Source: an uncultured bacterium
GTDB lineage: Bacteria; Hydrogenedentota; Hydrogenedentia; Hydrogenedentales; JAEUWI01
Assembly (NCBI GenBank): GCA_963977445.1
Contig: CAXBPH010000099.1
Location: 1 to 22,179, forward strand
Reading direction: 5' to 3'
Length of the DNA stretch: 22,179 nucleotides
In this document: piece by piece, positions 7,645-15,208 of the stretch
Layout of the letters: each line of letters begins with the position of its first letter
How positions within the stretch are numbered: the first letter of the stretch is position 1
Position numbers and translations under genes: made by a program
The notes under the pieces: generated by a model
The model's input: the letters and a program-made list of their open reading frames with translations, nothing else
The model's database searches: none
What the model was told of the DNA's origin: nothing

Positions 7645-8235
7645 CTACTCTTTCAACACCAGGTCGATACACATAACCGCTGCGAGGATCAGTTTGCGTA
7701 CCGGACTCCCCGCGGGGACATCGTCGCTGATACGGAGCACGTAGTTATCCGCCGTGGTAAACAGCTCTTTGCCCAACCCCGCCCATTGCTTACTCACGTG
7801 GGCCAATTCTCTTTCCCCCGCCAGGAATCGAAAATCCCAACCGGTCCATTTGCCCTTCAATGCGCACACTTCGTTGTCGTCGGGGTCCAGCACCCGAAAG
7901 GCACCGCCGAGACTGAAGAGTTTCTGCTTGAACCCGCCGATTAACTGATTGTTCTCGTCGAAGACTTGCACCTTGGAAAGAAAGATACTGACACCCCGGC
8001 GCACCGTCACGAGATGCTCGCCTTCCGGCGTACGTAATTCCACATCAAAAGGTGTCATCCGCTTGTAATCGGTAAAGCGCAACATCTTGGTGAAGATACC
8101 CAGATTGTCCTCGCGGCAATGTATAATTTCCTGCTGCGTCTCCGGGTCCAGAATATCGTAGTTATTCGCGGCCTTAAACATGCCCACGTGTTCTCGAACG
8201 AAATACAGGTTACGGTCCAGTATGTGTCCTGACAT
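7645..8235 (-). CDS. LURP-one-related / phospholipid scramblase-like (Tubby-C-like) protein
   Basis: Repeated beta-strand pattern, e.g. KQKLFSLGGAF, LKGKWTGWDF, ELFTTADNY and a terminal LILAAVMCID helix. Start set at ATG 8235 after SD GGGAG. Confidence 0.75.
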   Translation of the reverse strand: MSGHILDRNLYFVREHVGMFKAANNYDILDPETQQEIIHCREDNLGIFTKMLRFTDYKRMTPFDVELRTPEGEHLVTVRRGVSIFLSKVQVFDENNQLIGGFKQKLFSLGGAFRVLDPDDNEVCALKGKWTGWDFRFLAGERELAHVSKQWAGLGKELFTTADNYVLRISDDVPAGSPVRKLILAAVMCIDLVLKE

Positions 8236-8737
8236 GAGATTCTCCCGGGGCGTTCCCCAATCGTAAAATACCGCCAAAAACTTCGCAGCGCCCTACGCTA
8301 GCACACCGTCCATGTGCAATCAAGACAAACAGTCTGTGGGGGCATCTGTACGCGACCGGGCCAGAGTCTCCACGTTACCACTGCATTGAAAGAGGGGGAG
8401 CAGAGGGAATTCATTTACACATTCGTACTAAATTCACCTGTGAATTCATAAAGTTCGGAACTAATTTAAACTATTATTAGCCTGATTTTACCAAATATTC
8501 CGGGTGCTGATGAACAAAACGGCCAGATTGGGTCTATTTCGAAACGGTAGTGTAACGCTTCCTTTTCGGGTCTACCTGGTAAAAAGCTTCCCAAAAAGAC
8601 GACAATAACTTCGATTGGGTGTGTTCGAATTTGAACTCCTATAGAAAGCCAGGAAAACTAATGTGTTACAATTAAAAGACTTACGCACCCAACCCCTCGA
8701 CAAATCTGGAAAATTCACTATTATTCATCCAAAACAG

Positions 8738-8767
8738 TTGACTTTTTGAAGAAGAGTCGTGTAAGGT
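8738..8767 (+). promoter_or_regulatory. Candidate sigma70 promoter for the small hydrophobic protein gene
   Basis: TTGACT (8738-8743), 18 nt, TAAGGT (8762-8767), with AT-rich upstream DNA. Confidence 0.55.
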
Positions 8768-8776
8768 ACACCGCAA

Positions 8777-8915
8777 GGCCTAGTGGTTACGGGAAAGTTG
8801 TACCCTGTATAGCGCTAGGCCACCCATTTTCAGACGCGTTGCTGATATGGACGATGTAACGAATTCATCCCATGTTGGTAAGGTATGGTGGAGGCGCTCT
8901 GGAGGCGCCAACACT
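8777..8915 (+). promoter_or_regulatory. Structured 5' leader with several hairpins
   Basis: Hairpin of about 16 bp at 8777-8821 (GGCCTAGTG/CGCTAGGCC, TACGGG/CCTGTA). Further stems are CCAT..TCAG/CTGA..ATGG, CCATGTT/GGTATGG and GGCGC/GCGCC. Confidence 0.5.
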
Positions 8916-8955
8916 AAGACTACGGAACAATCAAGTTAATACAAGGAGAAATGAC

Positions 8956-9105
8956 ATGTATTCAAATCAAGGTTTGTTCGGCGGAATTTTTACGGCTATC
9001 TCAAACGGCTTTTTCGTAAGCCTTACCAGCTTCGTCAGCGGCCTCATTCTTGGCCTCCTGAACCCGATTCTTACGGGCATCGGCTTCCCAGCTATCGAAG
9101 CTTAA
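8956..9105 (+). CDS. Small hydrophobic Gly/Phe/Leu-rich protein (49 aa), function unknown
   Basis: SD AAGGAG (8943-8948), ATG 8956, MYSNQGLFGGIFTAISNGFFVSLTSFVSGLILGLLNPILTGIGFPAIEA, with its own terminator directly downstream. Confidence 0.8.
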   Translation: MYSNQGLFGGIFTAISNGFFVSLTSFVSGLILGLLNPILTGIGFPAIEA

Positions 9106-9121
9106 GATCTTTTCGATCTCT

Positions 9122-9164
9122 GCCGCCTGTGTGGTCCTTGTGACTACATCAGGCGGTTTTTTTT
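9122..9164 (+). terminator. Rho-independent terminator of the small protein gene
   Basis: CCGCCTG-TGTGGTC (9123-9136) pairs with GACTACA-T-CAGGCGG (9142-9156), followed by 8 T. Confidence 0.9.
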
Positions 9165-9166
9165 AT

Positions 9167-9207
9167 AGAACAGCCGGACAAAGAACTTTTCTTTGTCCGG
9201 CTGTTCT
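9167..9207. repeat. Perfect 19-bp inverted repeat downstream of pheA, likely a terminator or stability hairpin
   Basis: AGAACAGCCGGACAAAGAA-CTT-TTCTTTGTCCGGCTGTTCT. Confidence 0.8.
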
Positions 9208-9222
9208 TATTTCGTGAAAATA

Positions 9223-10290
9223 TCAGTTAATGGTCTTGGCGCGGGGGAAAGAGCCAAGCACCTTAAGCGAGTGAACCTGCTCCTCCAACCCGGCAATCAC
9301 CTTCTTCACCATTTCATCGTCCACGTGGCCGAGTAAATCGATAAAGAAGACATATTCCCAGGCTTTTTTCTGCGAAGGCCTGGATTCGATACGCGTAAGC
9401 GAAATATCGGCATCGGAGAACGGTGTCAGCAATCCGTAGAGCGCGCCGGGCTTGTCTTTAATCGACACCATGAGTGACGTTTTGTCGTCCCCCGTGGGTT
9501 TAACAATCTGACGACCCAAGACGAGAAATCGGGTAAAATTGTGGGGGGCATCTTCGATGCGCTCGGCCAGCAGATTCAAATTGTAGGTGTCGGCCGCCAT
9601 TTTGCTCGCGATGGCTGCGGCACCGGGCTCGCCACTGGCCCGCCGGGCTGCTTCGGCCGTGCTGGAGGTCTCAATCAGCTCTGCCGTGGGCACATTGGCC
9701 CGCAACCAGTTACGGCACTGCAGCAGCGCATTGTCTTTGGAGTAGACCCGTTTTATTTCGCCCAGCGGCGTGTTGGACAGCAGATTCTGGGTAATGTGGA
9801 GCATCATCTCGTTGATTATCTTCAGGTCTGAAGATATAAAACGATCCTGGGTGTCGCTCACGGAGCCGCCCATGGAGCTTTCGACCGGAACAATGCCATA
9901 GTCGATTCGCCCCCGTTCCACTTCGGTAAAAATATCGGCAAACGACGGCATGGGATGGTATTCGGCAGAACCACCAAAGACCTCGACCGCCGCCATATGG
10001 CTGAAGGTATCACGGGGCCCGAGAAAGGCGACGCTGATGGGTCGCTCCAGGGCGATCATGGCGCTAATCACTTCCCGATAGATGGCCTGGACTGCCTCAT
10101 GGGGCAAGGGGCCTGCATTCAGGGCAGCCAGCTTGTCTTTGACTGCCTTTTCACGCTCTGGCACGTAGATGGGCGCCTTGGCCTCTTTTTTTATTTCACC
10201 AATTTTTTGTGCATAGCCCGCACGCTCATTCAGCAGACGGACGATTTCCCCGTCGATGCGGTCAATTTCATTGCGGCACTCTTCTAACAT
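9223..10290 (-). CDS. pheA: Bifunctional chorismate mutase / prephenate dehydratase (P-protein)
   Basis: N-terminal CM2 domain (RNEIDRIDGEIVRLLNER, PERE), PDT motifs FLGPRDTFS and NFTRF, ACT motif IESRPS. The ATG overlaps the uvrD stop (TGATG). Confidence 0.95.
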   Translation of the reverse strand: MLEECRNEIDRIDGEIVRLLNERAGYAQKIGEIKKEAKAPIYVPEREKAVKDKLAALNAGPLPHEAVQAIYREVISAMIALERPISVAFLGPRDTFSHMAAVEVFGGSAEYHPMPSFADIFTEVERGRIDYGIVPVESSMGGSVSDTQDRFISSDLKIINEMMLHITQNLLSNTPLGEIKRVYSKDNALLQCRNWLRANVPTAELIETSSTAEAARRASGEPGAAAIASKMAADTYNLNLLAERIEDAPHNFTRFLVLGRQIVKPTGDDKTSLMVSIKDKPGALYGLLTPFSDADISLTRIESRPSQKKAWEYVFFIDLLGHVDDEMVKKVIAGLEEQVHSLKVLGSFPRAKTIN

Positions 10291-12428
10291 CAACGACTTT
10301 TTCCTTCCACAATTTCCAGCGGTGCCATGTTGGCCACCAGCATGGCGGTCCGGCCCGTCTGAAAGCGCACCCGCACTTTCATTTTTTCACCCGTGCCTGC
10401 TGTATACATTACCGTGCCGAGGCCAAACTTTGCATGTCGGACCCGCGTTCCGACTTTATAGGTCCCTGCGGGAACCGCCTCCTGCGTCCGTGCGGCAGGA
10501 CGAGGCCGCCTGGTGGGCAGGGGCTCATCATTCAGTCGCTCCAGGCGGTCCGACCCGGCTTCGCGAACAAATCGGGAAATGGGTCGGTTGTTGTGGGTCC
10601 GGCCATAGAGCATACGTGATTCGGCGGCACTCAGCACCAGGGTCTTGCGCGCCCGGGTCATGGCCACATAGCAGAGTCGGCGCTCCTCCTCCAGGTCGGC
10701 TTCCTCATCAAAGTCTACACCAAAGGGCAGAAGACCTTCTTCGAGGCCTATAAGGTAAATATGGTCAAACTCCAGGCCCTTGGCGCTGTGACAGGTCATC
10801 ATGGTCACGGCGGGTGCCTGTGCATCCCACCCATCCACATCGGAAAGAAGCGAGCGGTCCTGAAGAAAGGCCAGTAGCCCACTCCCCCCCTTGGCATCGT
10901 GGGTCGCACAGGAGACGACAAATTCATCGAGGGAGTCTATACGTGTCCGGTAATCTTTCTCGTCGCTCTGCTTGATATAGTCGCGATACCCTGTCTCGTC
11001 CAGCAATTTTTCGACGAGGGGTGCGAGCTCTCCGCCCTTGGATTCGATGGCGAGATCGTCGATGAGGCGCACCAGATCATAGGCGGATTTGCGCGCGCGC
11101 CCGGGCAGGGTCTCATCTAACTCTATCTCACGCAGTACGTTAAGGAGAGAGCATTTTCTCGACTCGGCATACTCCTCCAATCGCTTCTGGGTCGTGGCAC
11201 CGATGCCTCGTGCCGGTACATTGATGACACGGCGCAGGGCCTCGTCGTCGTCCGGATTGGCGAGGAGTCGCAGATAGGCGAGTACATCTTTGATTTCCCG
11301 ACGGCTGTAAAATTTAATGCCGCCGACGATGGTGTAATTAACCCCTTTGTTGCGGAGCACTTCTTCCAACAGTCGGGATTGGTTGTTGGTGCGATAGAGT
11401 ATAGCGACGTCGGCCGGGGCGTGGCCCTTCGTTATCATATGTTCCATCACAAAGCGGGCTTCATCTTCGCCCGTTTCGGCCAGATAGAAGCCTACGGGGT
11501 CCCCCGTGGGGTTTTCCGTGCGCAACGTCTTGCCAAGGCGGTTCACATTATTCTGAACGACGTTGTTGGCCACCCCGAGGATGGATTTCGTGCTGCGGTA
11601 GTTTTCTTCCAGCCGAATGACCTGTGCTTCGGGGAAATCCTGGGAAAAGTCGAGGATATTGTTGATATCGGCACCGCGCCAGGAATAGATACTTTGATCT
11701 TCATCGCCCACGGCGAAAATATTGCCGTGTCCCTCGCTCAGGAGCCGGGCAATGAGGTACTGGGCCCGGTTGGTGTCCTGGTATTCGTCAATCAGTATGT
11801 ATCGATAGCGACGCTGGTACTTTTCGCGCACCTCCGGGTGATCCTGCAACACCTTGACCGTGAGGACCAGGAGGTCATCAAAATCGACAGCGGAAGCCGC
11901 TTCCAGGGCCTTGTGGTAGCCAATCCATAGATGACGATAGCTTTCTTCCGTGCTGTCTTCGGGTTCGGTCGTTGTATCGGGGGATTCCACGTCCTGCTTG
12001 AGGCGACTGACCCAATTGAGGGCGTCGCGGGGGGAAACCTTCTCCAGATTGCTTGGCAGATCGTTGACCAGGCGCTTCATGACGCTCAGCTGGTCGGCAC
12101 CGTCAAAAATGGTAAAACTCTTCTTTCGCCCCAGTGTTTCCATTTCCCGGCGGAGCAGGAAGAGGCCGAAACTGTGAAAGGTGCCCAGCCAGGCGGCAAC
12201 CCGCTCCATATCCAGTCGTTGCTGGAGCCGCTCTTTCATCTCGGCGGCGGCCTTGTTGGTGAAGGTCAGGGCGAGAATGAAGCGGGGATCCAGCCCCTGT
12301 TCCTCCACCAGCCAGGCCATACGCTCGATGATAACACGTGTTTTTCCGCTGCCTGCGCCGGCCAGCACAAGACTTGGGCCATCTGCAGCGGTTACCGCAG
12401 CCTTTTGCTCTGGATTGAGTGAAATCAT
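10290..12428 (-). CDS. pcrA: UvrD/PcrA superfamily 1A DNA helicase
   Basis: AGAGSGKT, TFTNKAA, DEYQDTN, GDEDQSIYSWRGA, LEENYRST, HSAKGLEF, EERRLCYVAMTRA and a C-terminal Tudor-like segment RVRHAKFGLG. Confidence 0.95.
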   Translation of the reverse strand: MISLNPEQKAAVTAADGPSLVLAGAGSGKTRVIIERMAWLVEEQGLDPRFILALTFTNKAAAEMKERLQQRLDMERVAAWLGTFHSFGLFLLRREMETLGRKKSFTIFDGADQLSVMKRLVNDLPSNLEKVSPRDALNWVSRLKQDVESPDTTTEPEDSTEESYRHLWIGYHKALEAASAVDFDDLLVLTVKVLQDHPEVREKYQRRYRYILIDEYQDTNRAQYLIARLLSEGHGNIFAVGDEDQSIYSWRGADINNILDFSQDFPEAQVIRLEENYRSTKSILGVANNVVQNNVNRLGKTLRTENPTGDPVGFYLAETGEDEARFVMEHMITKGHAPADVAILYRTNNQSRLLEEVLRNKGVNYTIVGGIKFYSRREIKDVLAYLRLLANPDDDEALRRVINVPARGIGATTQKRLEEYAESRKCSLLNVLREIELDETLPGRARKSAYDLVRLIDDLAIESKGGELAPLVEKLLDETGYRDYIKQSDEKDYRTRIDSLDEFVVSCATHDAKGGSGLLAFLQDRSLLSDVDGWDAQAPAVTMMTCHSAKGLEFDHIYLIGLEEGLLPFGVDFDEEADLEEERRLCYVAMTRARKTLVLSAAESRMLYGRTHNNRPISRFVREAGSDRLERLNDEPLPTRRPRPAARTQEAVPAGTYKVGTRVRHAKFGLGTVMYTAGTGEKMKVRVRFQTGRTAMLVANMAPLEIVEGKSR

Positions 12429-12582
12429 GGGGTACTACCTGATCAACCGGGGGGGGAACGTTGGGGGTTAACAACCCGATGATCCTACGGTAGCCACGGG
12501 GTGAATTCAAGTTGCTGTTTACGTATGAGCTTGCTACCATGGCGCAACACACTCTACCCACGTATTGCCACAGGAGATCGGG

Positions 12583-13338
12583 ATGTTAAAGCGTATTGCA
12601 GTAATTGGCGAGGCGAGCCTCGACGAGACCCTGGTGAGTGCCGCTCAGGAGGCCGGTGTCCAACTGAAGACCATGACCCCTGCTGATGCCGTGCCGCCGG
12701 GAAGTACCGCCCTCCTGGGACCTGCGGAGGCGAGCACCCTTTCTGCTGCCCTCGCCCACGCTACCGCCCACGAAGGTCTGCTTCGCATTATCGCGGAAGC
12801 GGTAGACAGCCGCGAAGGATTGGTTCATGGGTCGGGCGCCCGCCTGTGTGAGCACGCAACCCGCTTTGCCCAGGCCCTTGGGCTCAGCGAAGACGAGCAA
12901 TACGCCCTGGAACGGGGTGCACTCCTCCACGATGTGGGCAAGATTCTTCTAAATAATGATGTTCTGATGAAAAAATCCGTGCTCGACTATGACGACTGGC
13001 TTCTCCTTCAGGCCCACACCACCATGGGGGCCAACCTACTGCTTGAGAGTAAGTGTCACACCGATGTCGTGGATATTGTCCGCTACCACCACGAGTGCTG
13101 GAACGGCGAAGGATACCCGGAGGGTCTTGAAAAAGATGCCATTCCCACGTTGGCCCTCATCATGAAGATTCTCGACGTGTATTGCGCCATGACCAGCCCC
13201 CGGCACTATCGCAGCTCCCATGCCAGCCACGAAGACGCTATTGCCCACCTGAAAGAAGAACGAGGTGAGCGCTATCACGCCGAACTGGTGGATGCCTTTA
13301 TTGAACACAAGATAGGCAAGCCCTTCAGCAACAGGTAG
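12583..13338 (+). CDS. HD-GYP domain protein, possibly degenerate
   Basis: LHDVGK, HHECWNGEGYPEGL and DVYCAMTSPRHYR. Start set at ATG 12583 after SD AGGAG. Confidence 0.85.
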   Translation: MLKRIAVIGEASLDETLVSAAQEAGVQLKTMTPADAVPPGSTALLGPAEASTLSAALAHATAHEGLLRIIAEAVDSREGLVHGSGARLCEHATRFAQALGLSEDEQYALERGALLHDVGKILLNNDVLMKKSVLDYDDWLLLQAHTTMGANLLLESKCHTDVVDIVRYHHECWNGEGYPEGLEKDAIPTLALIMKILDVYCAMTSPRHYRSSHASHEDAIAHLKEERGERYHAELVDAFIEHKIGKPFSNR

Positions 13339-13341
13339 GCC

Positions 13342-14049
13342 TTAGCCATCCTCAAAAAGATCCGGGTTGGTGATCCACGGCGTGAAGAAGAAGGTGAAGC
13401 CGCTGTCCCGCAGCTTGATGAAGCGTCGGGTGGCTTCTTCGCCGAACTCTTTGTTCAACATGAAGACGTTCACCCGATCGGGGTCGAGTTCGTGATGATC
13501 AAAGTCGAAGAGCCCAATACCCAGACAGGCGGCGAGGGTTTCCGTCTCCCGTTTTCCATTGCTCCAGAGTACTGAATTCACAATTACCCGACTACCGGGG
13601 GTGGTTTTTCTGTAGTAGCTGGCGTCTTGTTCGAGGTGGTGAACGATATCCCTGGAGAAGGGACCAAAAGCCGTGACGTCCCCATCGAGGCCGTCATCCG
13701 GATTGCCCCAGACCGTGGTGCATTCGTCGCCGCTCTCGTAAAACCGGTCGATGTATTCTTCCGGGGGCAGCTCGCTTTTCCGCATGAGGGAATAGACCTC
13801 GGCCCCGCCCTCCGGTTTGGCATCAAAAATCTGGAAGCAATCGATGAAATTAAGATACTCGCAATCGCCACCTTCCCCGGCATATTCCCGGGCATCTTTC
13901 TCCGCCGTGGTGATCGCCCAGTTCATGCTGACGGCCTGCACCAGAATCACCCGCTCTTCGTAGGTGGAAATCTCGCTTCCGTCGTCCTGGAACAGTCCGT
14001 GGTGTATGAACAGACACTTCGCCCCAAACCAGCTGCGGCTATCGTTCAC
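13342..14049 (-). CDS. DUF4288-like N-terminal domain fused to an unknown C-terminal domain
   Basis: WFGAKCLF...YEERVILVQA...A.EYA...GAEVYSLMR pattern recalled as DUF4288-like. GTG start with a weak SD. Confidence 0.65.
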   Translation of the reverse strand: MNDSRSWFGAKCLFIHHGLFQDDGSEISTYEERVILVQAVSMNWAITTAEKDAREYAGEGGDCEYLNFIDCFQIFDAKPEGGAEVYSLMRKSELPPEEYIDRFYESGDECTTVWGNPDDGLDGDVTAFGPFSRDIVHHLEQDASYYRKTTPGSRVIVNSVLWSNGKRETETLAACLGIGLFDFDHHELDPDRVNVFMLNKEFGEEATRRFIKLRDSGFTFFFTPWITNPDLFEDG

Positions 14050-14061
14050 AGGCGACTCGCA

Positions 14062-14427
14062 TTATTGTTCTTTCCAGTCGACATAGACCCCTGCCAGATC
14101 ACATTCGGCACAGGTAGCACCCACGTAGACCCACTGGACGTCGTCGCTATCGGGATAGTGGGCCATGCCCGTCATAAGATAGAGGACTTCATGATCGCAG
14201 GCGCAGACATTTTGCGCCACCTCCTCCATGAAATCGGCGGAATCATAGATGGAAATATTTTCCTCGCAGGCTGTGCAGACGGCGACGGCCCCACCACTCC
14301 GATCATCGGAAAAGAGGGTAAATTTTTCGTGACCGCAAGCGCACACGAGCGATTCAAAGGCGACCGCAGGGTGACCGTTCGACGTGCTGAATCGGAGGAT
14401 TTCGGCGCGCAGATCATCGCGGCTCAT
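14062..14427 (-). CDS. Cys-rich hypothetical protein (putative double zinc ribbon)
   Basis: CACG, CTAC, CACD and CAEC pairs in an acidic protein. ATGA overlap with the upstream tlpA-like gene. Confidence 0.75.
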   Translation of the reverse strand: MSRDDLRAEILRFSTSNGHPAVAFESLVCACGHEKFTLFSDDRSGGAVAVCTACEENISIYDSADFMEEVAQNVCACDHEVLYLMTGMAHYPDSDDVQWVYVGATCAECDLAGVYVDWKEQ

Positions 14428-15050
14428 GGCTGCACCCCTTTGGTGGCGGTCAGGAACTTCTCAATGAAGGCTCCCCCGTCACCCGTCGTCCAGTCTACCG
14501 CACCCGTATGCTGGAAGACCACAAAACCTGTCTGGTCAACAATAAAGGTGGTGGGAATGGCCTGGGATGCAAATACGGGTGGGATGTCTTCCCGTTTGAT
14601 GGTGTAGACGGGAAAACGCACTTCAAGGTCGGCCAGGTCCACGGCGAGGTCGTCTTCCGTGTTCAGGGCAACGGCGACGATGTTCAGGCCTTTATCACGA
14701 TACGTGTCGTAAAGGGCATTCATACCGGGCACTTCGGCAACACAGGATACGCAGGTGGGATTCCAGAAGTGGAATAGAACCAGCTGACCTTGCAGGGCAG
14801 TGAGGTCCACCGGCGCCCCTTGCAAATCATTCACCGACCAATTGAAGTCACTTTGAAGGACGAGAGGTTTCAATTCCTTGACGTCGGCCATTTTTGAAAC
14901 CGCAGCTTTCTGAAAAAAAGCGTAGGAGATGAGAAGCGTGCCAATGATGCCAACAATTCCGAGCACGATGCCCAGTAAGGCACCGAGCAGCAGGGTCTTC
15001 CAGGAGAAGGACCGGGCGGATGCTGGCGATGGGGTCGGGGACTCGTCCAT
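14424..15050 (-). CDS. TlpA/ResA-like membrane-anchored thioredoxin-fold disulfide reductase
   Basis: N-terminal TM helix, HFWNPTCVSCVAEVP and cis-Pro motif IPTTFIVD. Confidence 0.88.
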   Translation of the reverse strand: MDESPTPSPASARSFSWKTLLLGALLGIVLGIVGIIGTLLISYAFFQKAAVSKMADVKELKPLVLQSDFNWSVNDLQGAPVDLTALQGQLVLFHFWNPTCVSCVAEVPGMNALYDTYRDKGLNIVAVALNTEDDLAVDLADLEVRFPVYTIKREDIPPVFASQAIPTTFIVDQTGFVVFQHTGAVDWTTGDGGAFIEKFLTATKGVQP

Positions 15051-15208
15051 AGTAAACTTTCATCATGTTGGCCAATTGCGTGTTTATACAGCAGCGACGT
15101 GATTGTACCGAATTGGACAGCAGGCACGTCAACGGGCGGGTGAGAATAATTTTGGGCGCACTGGGGCAGGCCGTCTGTTCTGCGCGCCGGCCACGGGCCG
15201 ATTTGGTC

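Noticed and set aside
8551..8575. TGTAAC...GTCTA as an ECF sigma promoter
   Set aside because: The 13-nt spacer is too short for a typical ECF promoter.
8770..8930. Known riboswitch (c-di-GMP, c-di-AMP, T-box, SAM) in the leader
   Set aside because: None of the conserved core motifs I remember are present. Kept only as an unclassified structured leader.
8872..8955. Longer 77-aa start for the small hydrophobic protein
   Set aside because: No SD at 8872, whereas AAGGAG sits 7 nt before ATG 8956 and the composition changes sharply there.
12429..12582. SOS/LexA box upstream of the helicase
   Set aside because: No CTGT-N8-ACAG or GAAC-N4-GTTC match seen.
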